Origin: an uncultured Gemmatimonadales bacterium
Lineage (GTDB): Bacteria > Gemmatimonadota > Gemmatimonadetes > Gemmatimonadales > GWC2-71-9
NCBI GenBank assembly: GCA_963730185.1
Contig: CAVSQW010000002.1
Location: 160,001 to 224,000 of the forward strand
Direction: 5' to 3'
Length of the DNA: 64,000 nucleotides
Position numbers and translations under genes: made by a program
In this document: piece by piece, positions 39,647 to 47,798 of the stretch
Layout: each line of letters starts with the position of its first letter
How positions within the stretch are numbered: position 1 is the stretch's first letter
The notes under the pieces: generated by a model
What the model was told of the DNA's origin: nothing
The model's input: only the letters and a program-made list of their open reading frames with translations
The model's database searches: none

Positions 39647-42600
39647 CTATTCCAGCCGGAGGGTGCCGGCCGGCGGCCGGCCGGCCAGCGCCGCTGAGAC
39701 CGCGGCCGCGAGCTCGCCGCGCGTGAACGGCTTGGTGAGGAGGGTCTGCGCCGCCGTCAGTGACCCGCCGGTGGCCAGCAACTGTCTTGCGTGGCCGCTC
39801 ATGAAGAGGACCGGTGTCCCCGGCCGGCGTTGGATCAGCCGCCGGTGCAGCTCGGGGCCGCTCAGGCCGGGCATCACCACGTCGGTGAGCAGCAGGTCGA
39901 GAGGCCCGGGGTGCCGGTCGACCAGGGCCAGGGCGGCGGCACCGTGCTGGGCTTCCTGCACTTGGTAGCCCAGCCTCCGGAGCTGTCGGGCGACGGTTCG
40001 AAGCACCATCGGTTCGTCATCGACCACCAGGATCGTGGCGGGATCGTCATCGCTGCCCGCTACCGGGCCCGCGGGCGGCGCCTCGGCCGTCGTGGCCGGG
40101 CTCTCGATCATGGGGAAGTCGAGGGTGAAGATGCTGCCCTTTCCGGGCGCGCTGTCGACCCGGATCCAACCGCCGCTCTGGGTTACGAAGCCGTAGACGC
40201 TCGCCAGTCCCAGCCCGGTGCCGCGGCCGACGTCCTTGGTGGTGAAGAACGGCTCGAACAGCCGGGCCTGGATGGCCTCGTCCATGCCCACGCCGGTATC
40301 GGTGACCGTGAGCCGGACATGCGGTCCGGGGATCGCGCCGATCGTGCCGTAGCGCTCGAGGTACGCCGCATCGACCGTGACCACGCCGGCACGGATCGTG
40401 AGGGTGCCACCGGCCGGCATGGCATCGCGCGCATTGAAGGCGAGGTTGAGCAGGGCATGCTCCAGCCGGCCCGGGTCGGCCGTGAACCAGAGCGGCCTCT
40501 CGCCGGGCTCGATCACCAGTCGCACCCCGGTGCCGAGGACGCGCCGGAGGAGCCCCTCTTCGCTGCCGAGGAACGTACCGAGCTCGAGCGGCACGGGGCT
40601 CAGCGTCTGGCGGCGCCCGAAAGCGAGCATCTGCTGGGTGGTGGCGGCCATGTGCTCCGCCGCGTGGCGGACCGCCGCGAGGTCCTCCACGTGTGACTCG
40701 CTGACCCCCGCCGACTCGATCATCTCGACGCTCCCCATCAGCACCGTGAGCTGATTGTTGAGGTCGTGGGCCAGCCCGCCCGCCATGGTCCCGAGCGCCT
40801 CCGCCTTGGCTGCCTGCTGGATGTAGGCCTCCATCCGGCGGCGCTCGGTCACGTCGTCGATGGCGAGCAGGAGGCTCGGCTCGGTCCGGTCCGGCTCCTG
40901 CATCCGGTGGGTGCTCAGGTGCAGGATCCGTTCGCCGAGATCGTGGAAGGTGTGCGTCACCTCGGTGTCGTGCGGCGTGTCGTCGGCCGCTTCGATGAAC
41001 GCGTGGAAGCGGTCGAAGTCCCAGTCCCCTTGCATCAGCTCGAAGATCGGAGTCCCCTGGGCCGCCCGCGGGTCGAGCCGGAAGGTCCGGTAGAACGCCG
41101 CGTTGGCCCGGCGGACCAGGTAGCGCTCGTCGAGCACCACCAGCGGCTGCCGCACGGTGTCGATGATCACGTCGCTGTAGTGGCGCGCCACCTCGCTCAG
41201 CCGGAGGAGCCGGTGCATCGCATCCACGTCCACCAAGGTGAGCACCACGCCGTCGATGCCGTCGCCGACGACCCGGTACGGGGCGATCCGGAAGAGGTAG
41301 CCGTGGCCCCGCTCATCTTCCAGTTCCACTTCATCGCGGCGTCCTTCGTGGATCACGGCGCGGCATCGGGCGCGCAGGTCCGCGGGCGCGAGGCGAAGCC
41401 TGACCTCCTCCAGTCCGTGGCCCAGGTCTCCGGGCCGGACGCCGAGCAGGTCGGCCGCCCAGGGACTGTAGCGGCGGATCCGGAGCTCCCGGTCGACCAG
41501 GACCAGCGGCGTCTCGGTGCTCTCGAAGGTGTTGGTCAGATCGGTGACCGTCTGGCTCAGCTCGGCGTTCCGCTGCTGCAGCTCCTCGTTGAGGGTGGTC
41601 ACCTCCTCGTTCATGGACTGGAGCTCTTCCTTGGTGGTCTCCAGCTCCTCGTTGGTGCTCTGGAACTCCTCGTTGATCGAGAGGCTCTCCTCGTACGCGG
41701 TCTGGACCTCCGCCTGGGCCGCGTCCTGGAGCTCGATCACCGACTCGAGGTAATCCCGGGTCTCGCGCAACTCCTGCTCGAGCGACCGGACCCGGGCTGC
41801 GGACCCTCCCGCGGAACGTCCCACCGGTTTCTGTCCGGAGGCGCGGGTGCTGGACGTCGCCCCGGGCGCGAAGACGATCAGGTAGCGGCCGGAGCCCTCC
41901 GCCATGGCGTCCAGGGGGAGCACCGTCAGGTCCACGACCCGGACTCGCGCCCCGTCGCGGCAGCGGATCCCGTCCCGGCGTACCCGGATCCGCTTGGTCC
42001 GCACCTGGTGCAACAGCCGGCCGAGGATGGCGCGGAACTCGGGCCGGACCACCGTGAGGAGACGGGTGGACGGCGCGCCCGCCGGTTCCTCGAGGTACTG
42101 TGCCGTCGCGCCGCGGAGGTTGAGGATACTGAGGTCGTCGTCGACCATGATCCGGGCCGTCGGATACTCGAGCCGGTAGAGCTGCTCCGCCATCCGCTCC
42201 AGCTCCGGCACCGTGCGCCGCCCGGGTGCGCGGGTGGGCGGGGCCTCCTCGTCCTGGCGCCCGTCCGGCACCAAACGGGCGACCGGCAGGTCCATCATCG
42301 GAAACTCGGTCCGCGCCCCGCTCGGCGCATACAGCTTGTGCTTCCGGTCGTGCGCCACGAAGAGGTCCCGGGCGAGCGTGGTCGTCTCCGCCGGCCCGAG
42401 CAGCAGGAAGCCCTTCGGCTTGAGGGCGTAGTGAAAGGTCCGGAGCGCTCGCTGCTGGAGGGGGGTGTCGAGGTAGATGAGGACGTTCCGGCAAATGACG
42501 ACGTCGAGTCGGGAGAAGGGCGGGTCCCGGGTCAGGTCGTGCCGGGCAAAGACGCAGGCCGATCGGAGCCGCTTCTGCACTTCGAACCCGCCGTCGACCG

Positions 42601-43819
42601 CCCGGAAGAAACGAGCCAGGCGTTCGGGGGAGATCTGGGCCGCGATCGATGCCGGGTAGACGCCGGCCCGGGCCATCGCCAGCGCCGGCTCGCTGAGGTC
42701 GGTCGCGAACACCTGGACCGTCGGGGTGCGACCGAACGTCGAGGCGCACTCGAACGCCTCGATGGCGACGGAATACGCCTCTTCCCCGGAGGCACAGCCC
42801 GCGACCCAGATCCGGAGCGGCTCGTCGGCCCGGCACCCCTCGAGCAACGGGAGGAGGGCCTGGTGCCGGAGGGCCGCCAGCGCGTCCGGATCCCGGAAGA
42901 ACTCGGTGACCTGGATCAGGACCTCGCGGTAGAGATGCTGTGGCTCAGTGGCGTCGGCCTCGAGCCGGGCGAGGTACTGCCGGGGGCCGGTGAGCTGCAG
43001 CTCCTCGATCCGGCGGGCGATCCGGCGCTCCAGCGTCGGCCGTTTGTACTGGGCGAAGTCCACCCCCGTGGCACGTCCAAGGACCGCGAGGATCGCACTG
43101 ATCGTGGCGGCCTTCCGGCCGCCCGTCGCGGGCGCCCGCGCCGAAGCCTCCTCGGGCCGTTGCACCCCCGCCATTGCTCCCCCCAGGGCGAGGCCGATCG
43201 CCGCCGGCGGGAGCGCATGGTCCACGACGCCGGCCTGCACGGCGCTCTCCGGCATCCCCTGATGCTCCGCCGTTCCGACCTCCTGCACGAAGGTGAGGCC
43301 CCCTCGTGCCCGGATGGCCTCGAGGCCTTTGGTCCCGTCACTGCCGGTCCCCGACAGGACCACCCCGACCGATTGGTCGCCGTAGCTCTCCGCCAGCGAC
43401 GCGAAGAGCCGGTCGATGACCGAGGGCGGGTCGCGCCGGCTGGAGCGGGCCTCGAGGTGGAGGGCACCTTTCCTCGCCACCAAGGCGGACCCGGCCGGGA
43501 TGACGTAGACGTGGCCCGCGGTGAGCACCTCGCCTTCGCTCGCCTCCGTCACGGGCATCGGCGTCGCGTGGGTGAACAGCGCCGCCAGCCCGCTCTCGTG
43601 GGTGGGCGAGAGGTGCATCGCGATGATGAAGGCGTGGGGGCTCGGAGCCGGAATGGCGGCGAGGAGCTCGGCGCAGGGAACGATGCTGCCGGCCGACCCG
43701 CCGATGCCGATGACCCGCAAGCCGGGCGACTCGCCCTTCCGATGCCGCCTCTGGGCCTGAGGGGAGGTCCCCCGCTTTGAAGGCCGGCTCACCTGCTTGG
43801 GGCCGCGCGCGCGCTTCAT
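39647..43819 (-). CDS. CheB-CheR-PAS-histidine kinase-receiver hybrid
   Basis: GGSAG, H and GSDG (CheB), AGCASGEEAYS (CheR), NEE.QS.NEEL coiled coil, AHDLNN, FFTTK..GTGLGL, REC with TDVVMP. Confidence 0.92.
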   Translation of the reverse strand: MKRARGPKQVSRPSKRGTSPQAQRRHRKGESPGLRVIGIGGSAGSIVPCAELLAAIPAPSPHAFIIAMHLSPTHESGLAALFTHATPMPVTEASEGEVLTAGHVYVIPAGSALVARKGALHLEARSSRRDPPSVIDRLFASLAESYGDQSVGVVLSGTGSDGTKGLEAIRARGGLTFVQEVGTAEHQGMPESAVQAGVVDHALPPAAIGLALGGAMAGVQRPEEASARAPATGGRKAATISAILAVLGRATGVDFAQYKRPTLERRIARRIEELQLTGPRQYLARLEADATEPQHLYREVLIQVTEFFRDPDALAALRHQALLPLLEGCRADEPLRIWVAGCASGEEAYSVAIEAFECASTFGRTPTVQVFATDLSEPALAMARAGVYPASIAAQISPERLARFFRAVDGGFEVQKRLRSACVFARHDLTRDPPFSRLDVVICRNVLIYLDTPLQQRALRTFHYALKPKGFLLLGPAETTTLARDLFVAHDRKHKLYAPSGARTEFPMMDLPVARLVPDGRQDEEAPPTRAPGRRTVPELERMAEQLYRLEYPTARIMVDDDLSILNLRGATAQYLEEPAGAPSTRLLTVVRPEFRAILGRLLHQVRTKRIRVRRDGIRCRDGARVRVVDLTVLPLDAMAEGSGRYLIVFAPGATSSTRASGQKPVGRSAGGSAARVRSLEQELRETRDYLESVIELQDAAQAEVQTAYEESLSINEEFQSTNEELETTKEELQSMNEEVTTLNEELQQRNAELSQTVTDLTNTFESTETPLVLVDRELRIRRYSPWAADLLGVRPGDLGHGLEEVRLRLAPADLRARCRAVIHEGRRDEVELEDERGHGYLFRIAPYRVVGDGIDGVVLTLVDVDAMHRLLRLSEVARHYSDVIIDTVRQPLVVLDERYLVRRANAAFYRTFRLDPRAAQGTPIFELMQGDWDFDRFHAFIEAADDTPHDTEVTHTFHDLGERILHLSTHRMQEPDRTEPSLLLAIDDVTERRRMEAYIQQAAKAEALGTMAGGLAHDLNNQLTVLMGSVEMIESAGVSESHVEDLAAVRHAAEHMAATTQQMLAFGRRQTLSPVPLELGTFLGSEEGLLRRVLGTGVRLVIEPGERPLWFTADPGRLEHALLNLAFNARDAMPAGGTLTIRAGVVTVDAAYLERYGTIGAIPGPHVRLTVTDTGVGMDEAIQARLFEPFFTTKDVGRGTGLGLASVYGFVTQSGGWIRVDSAPGKGSIFTLDFPMIESPATTAEAPPAGPVAGSDDDPATILVVDDEPMVLRTVARQLRRLGYQVQEAQHGAAALALVDRHPGPLDLLLTDVVMPGLSGPELHRRLIQRRPGTPVLFMSGHARQLLATGGSLTAAQTLLTKPFTRGELAAAVSAALAGRPPAGTLRLE

Positions 43820-44133
43820 CGGATCTCCTCGTTCCGTCGAGCCGCTTGCGGCGGTGAGCCGCGCGAATCCTTCGGTTCGCAGGCCGGTCCGTAAGGGTGT
43901 ACGGTGAGCAGCGAGAACGGCCTAACGCCCCACCGGGAAGCTGCTGCGCGGCCGCTCGGAAGGCAAGCACCGGGAGATCCGGGCCCCGCGGGGAGGCTTC
44001 ATCCAAGGGTCAGCCGTCCCCGAGCGGAACGGGCAGGATCGGGTTCTCAGGGTCGGCGCCGGCCCAGGGAGGGCGAACGCGAAGACGGCCGACCGGCAGC
44101 GAGACGGTCCGCCTCGGGAAGGCGGAGTCCGGC

Positions 44134-44538
44134 TCAGGACGCGATGGGCAGGACCGCGGGGGCGGACTCCAGCAACCAAACCCGGGCCTTGACCGGGTCC
44201 GTGAACACCCGGGTCTCGACCCCGAACCGGGTCGCCCGGACGGCCAGCGACCGGGCCCGGCCGCAGCTCTCGGGGGTGTCGCCGATCACGATCGCCCAGA
44301 GGGTGTCTCGCAGCCGCCAGGCGTTGCGGTCCAGGTGGTTGAGCACGGCCTGGACGAATGCCTCGGACTCGAGGGCCGTCACCCTCCGGCGATCGAAGAG
44401 GATCTTGTGCTCCGTGGTAAAGGCCGGGTCGTCCAGCATGGCGCCGACCTGGCCCTCCCACTGTTCGAAATCGAGCTCGGCTTTGGCCTCCAGCAGCGCG
44501 ATCCGGTTCCCCGGGTGCATCCGGTATGTCAGGGCCAC
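44134..44538 (-). CDS. Small hypothetical protein (STAS/SEC14-like)
   Basis: GTG about 6 nt after GGAGGA. ILFDRR, WAIVI and RVFTDPVKARVWL pattern. Confidence 0.6.
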   Translation of the reverse strand: MALTYRMHPGNRIALLEAKAELDFEQWEGQVGAMLDDPAFTTEHKILFDRRRVTALESEAFVQAVLNHLDRNAWRLRDTLWAIVIGDTPESCGRARSLAVRATRFGVETRVFTDPVKARVWLLESAPAVLPIAS

Positions 44539-44732
44539 GTCCATTCCTCCGGCAAGGTACAGGGGGGCGCAGCCGGGCTGCGCTCCATGACCTTGTGGTA
44601 TCGGTAAGGAGTGTGAAGAACGGATTAAAGCCGCCGGCCGACCGGCTCACATCCTCCGGCCGGTGCTCGGAAACCGCGGCTCGACCCGGGTCGTACGCCT
44701 TGCAGGTCCCTCTCGCCTCAAGGAGCAGCCCG

Positions 44733-45527
44733 ATGCCACCCCGCCGGCCCGGCTTGGCCCTCATTCCCACCCTGATGCTCGCCGCCGCCGCCGGCACGCT
44801 CGCCGCCCAAGCCACGCCGGTCACCGGCCGAGCGCTGCTCCAGCGAATGCACGATCGATACGCCGGGCGCTGGTTCTCGAGCCTTACCTTCGTCCAGACC
44901 ACCACCATCCGCGACTCCACCGGTCACGATCACCAGTCGACCTGGTACGAGGCCCTCCGCTACACCGACCGCCACCACACCGAGCTCCGGATTGACACCG
45001 GCGACCCGTCGGCGGGGAACGGGGTGCTCTACAGCGGCGACTCGCTCCACATCTTCCGGGCCGGGAAGCAGGTCGCGGTTCGCGAGGGGGGCAACGCCCT
45101 CCTGCCGCTGATCGCCGGGGTCTACCTCCAACCGGTGGCCCGAACGGTGGCCGAGCTCGGAGCGACGGGAGTGGACTTCGACCGGTTGGTGGTCCCGGCC
45201 AGCTACGACGGCCGACCGATGCTCATCGTCGGCGCCGCGGGGCCCGGCGACTCGACCTCACCCCAGTTTTGGGTCGATCGGGAGACCAACGTGGTCCGCC
45301 GGGCGATCTTCCCGCCGGTACCGGGCGCGCCGCGGATGGACATGCGGCTGGACGGGATCGTGAAGGCGGGCGGCGGCTGGCTTGCCACCCGGTGCGAGTT
45401 CTACGTCGACGGCAGGTTGCTTCAACGGGAGGAGTATCACGACCCGACGGTCGGGGCCACGCTGTCGCCGGGCCTGTTCGACCCGGCGACCTGGAGCAAT
45501 GCGCCGCACTGGAAAAAGGGCGGGTGA
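44733..45527 (+). CDS. Secreted hypothetical protein (LolA-like fold suspected)
   Basis: AAGGAG RBS, signal peptide, MHDRYAGRW..LTFVQ.T, TWYEA, LRID, QFWVD. Confidence 0.72.
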   Translation: MPPRRPGLALIPTLMLAAAAGTLAAQATPVTGRALLQRMHDRYAGRWFSSLTFVQTTTIRDSTGHDHQSTWYEALRYTDRHHTELRIDTGDPSAGNGVLYSGDSLHIFRAGKQVAVREGGNALLPLIAGVYLQPVARTVAELGATGVDFDRLVVPASYDGRPMLIVGAAGPGDSTSPQFWVDRETNVVRRAIFPPVPGAPRMDMRLDGIVKAGGGWLATRCEFYVDGRLLQREEYHDPTVGATLSPGLFDPATWSNAPHWKKGG

Positions 45528-45574
45528 GCGAGGCGGTCTCGGCGAACGTCAGCATCGCCGCCGCCGTGGGCGAG

Positions 45575-46927
45575 CTACTTCATGGCCACGCCGTGCGGCC
45601 GAGCCGGCCGCGCGAACGCGCTGTTGAAGTCGATGGCCGGAAACCGGGGATCCTCCTCCAGCGTGTTCTCGCCCACGTCGATCACGTGCAGCTTGTGGTC
45701 GCCGTTGAAATGGATCTTCCCGAAGTCGTCCTCGTGCAGGAAGTAGTCGGTCACCACCAGCCGTTTGTCGTCGTCGGTCAGCCGGATCAGGTGCGGTCCG
45801 GCATTCTCGCCCAGGCTTACCACTGACACTTGCTTGAACCGCTCGCGATCGGTGATATCGAGCATGCCCACCTGACCCGCTTGGAACGACGCGAAGATCA
45901 GCCGCCGTCCGTTCCTCGGCATGGCGAGCAGCTGGACCATGCCGCCCGGGGTCGCCACCTCGACATGGGGGACGATGTCCTCGCAGTCGAAGGACTGGAC
46001 GTAGGTGCCGGTGGTGGGGTCCACGGTGTAAACGAGCCCGGTGAACATGTTGGCGGTGACCGCTCGGCCCCGCGGATCGTTCGGGATGAGTTTGACGTCC
46101 ATGGTGCCGGCGTTGTCCGGCAGCATGACGGTCCGGACGATCTGCCGGCGGCTGAGGTCCCAGAACCGGACGCCGCTGCGGAGCTCGACCGGCTGGGCGA
46201 AGACGTTGAGCGTGCTCAGCGGGTTCACGAAATCGCTGGTGACCAGCCGGTTGCGGGCGAAGTCGGCGTCGATGCCGTGGGGGTTGAAGGTCCCGTCCTC
46301 GGGATCGACCCCCGGATACTCTCCCACGATCCGGAGGTCGCGGCTCACCTCGACCACGCGACCGCCCGGGCCGCCGATGGCCGAGCCCATGTTGGTGATC
46401 AGGAAGCCGCCGTCGGGCATCGGCAGGAAGTCGTCGGTGATGGCCGAGTGCGCGGCCCGGGTCGAGAACAGGAAGCGGGGATGCCGCGCCCGGGAAACGT
46501 CGAAGAAGAAGATGTCGTTCTGAGACCAGAGCAGGCTCAGGAGCCCGCCGCAGGCCAGGATCTTCTTGTCCTTTGACAGATTACAATGGTGCGGCTCGTT
46601 GCCCTTGTTGCCGGGTGGCGGGACCGGCACGGTCCGGAGGATCTTGCCGTAGGTCCGGGAGCCGCGGTCGAAGTCGACCACGGCCAGGAAGTCCGCGGTC
46701 TCCCGGGCGTCGTCGCCGGCCCAGACGTAGAGGGTCTTGGCTTCACCGCCCTCGGCCGGCTCGTCGTCGTCGTCGCCGTACACGGGGCCTCGGTCCCGGC
46801 CCAGTCGGGAATCGACGCCCGAATCCGGCTCGGTCGGCGCCTCCTGCTTGTGGCAGCCGGCCACGGTCGTGAGTCCGCCGCCAATCACGAGCAGGCCCAG
46901 CAGCCTGGCCCACCTGTTCGTCCTCAT
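45575..46927 (-). CDS. Selenium-binding protein (SBP56)-like beta-propeller lipoprotein
   Basis: GGAGG RBS, lipobox VAGC, DFLAVVD, NEPHH, NPHG, GPH, C-terminal RPHG. Confidence 0.75.
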   Translation of the reverse strand: MRTNRWARLLGLLVIGGGLTTVAGCHKQEAPTEPDSGVDSRLGRDRGPVYGDDDDEPAEGGEAKTLYVWAGDDARETADFLAVVDFDRGSRTYGKILRTVPVPPPGNKGNEPHHCNLSKDKKILACGGLLSLLWSQNDIFFFDVSRARHPRFLFSTRAAHSAITDDFLPMPDGGFLITNMGSAIGGPGGRVVEVSRDLRIVGEYPGVDPEDGTFNPHGIDADFARNRLVTSDFVNPLSTLNVFAQPVELRSGVRFWDLSRRQIVRTVMLPDNAGTMDVKLIPNDPRGRAVTANMFTGLVYTVDPTTGTYVQSFDCEDIVPHVEVATPGGMVQLLAMPRNGRRLIFASFQAGQVGMLDITDRERFKQVSVVSLGENAGPHLIRLTDDDKRLVVTDYFLHEDDFGKIHFNGDHKLHVIDVGENTLEEDPRFPAIDFNSAFARPARPHGVAMK

Positions 46928-47135
46928 CGGAACCTCCTCGGAAGTGTGGGGAGCGACCGAGCCCATCGGTCGACATCACCCACGGCGACGAAGCGGGGTG
47001 GATGTGGACATCGCCGGCCGTTCGCCATGGCTGGGGGCAGGGATGTCCAATTTCAAGGCGGGGTGACGCCGTTCGGAGTGGCAGCCGGTGACCGCGGCGC
47101 GCAGATTGGAGGAACGACCAACCCAGAAATCGGAG

Positions 47136-47735
47136 CTAGGTCGGGCCGGGCTCGAGGCCGTCGAGGGCCGAGCGGCTCTGCGCGATCTCCTTTCTGAGCC
47201 AGGCTCGCGCCAGCAGCCAGTCGCGCTGCACCGTCTTGAGGGAGACGTCCAGCGACGCCGCCGTCTCGGCCAGGGAGAGCCCGGCGAAGAAGCGCCGCTC
47301 GACCACGGCGGCGGCTCGGGGGTTCGCCCGGGCCAGCCGGTCGAGCGCTTCGTCGAGCGCGGTGAGCTCTTCGGCGGCTTCCTGGGTCAGGAAGGCCTCG
47401 ACGTTTTCGAGGGGAAGGGGCACCTGCCCCCGGCCGCGCTTCTGGCGCTTGCGGGCCCGGGCGTGATCGATCAGGACCCGGCGCATTGACTGGGCCGCGA
47501 TGGCGAAGAAGTGCTGCCGGTCGTTGGGCGAGAGCTGCTCGCGGTCGGCCAGCCGGACGTAGGCCTCGTGGACCAGGGCGGTGGCCCCCAGGGTGTGGCC
47601 GGTGTCCTCGGCCCGGAGCTGGCGCCGGGCCACGGCGCGGAGCTCGTCGTAGACGAGAGGAAGCAGGGTCTCGAGCGCCTCGGGCTGACCAGACCGGAGC
47701 CGGGCGAGACAGTCGGTGACCGAGGTGCTTGGCAC
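47136..47735 (-). CDS. ECF sigma factor (TIGR02999-like, kinase-associated)
   Basis: LLPLVYDELR..ARRQL, TALVHEAY, HFFAIAA..MRRVLIDHAR, RFFAGLS..ETA, TVQRDW..ARAWL. Confidence 0.9.
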   Translation of the reverse strand: MPSTSVTDCLARLRSGQPEALETLLPLVYDELRAVARRQLRAEDTGHTLGATALVHEAYVRLADREQLSPNDRQHFFAIAAQSMRRVLIDHARARKRQKRGRGQVPLPLENVEAFLTQEAAEELTALDEALDRLARANPRAAAVVERRFFAGLSLAETAASLDVSLKTVQRDWLLARAWLRKEIAQSRSALDGLEPGPT

Positions 47736-47798
47736 GGTAGCTGACGGGTGGATGCGGTTGGAGACTAATCCGCCCCCGAACCGGGAGGCAAGTCGGCG

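Noticed and set aside
43820..44133. Long GC-rich intergenic stretch that might hold an ncRNA (also 51893-52180)
   Set aside because: No recognisable RNA family motif. Hairpins are expected by chance at this GC content. An Rfam scan would be needed.
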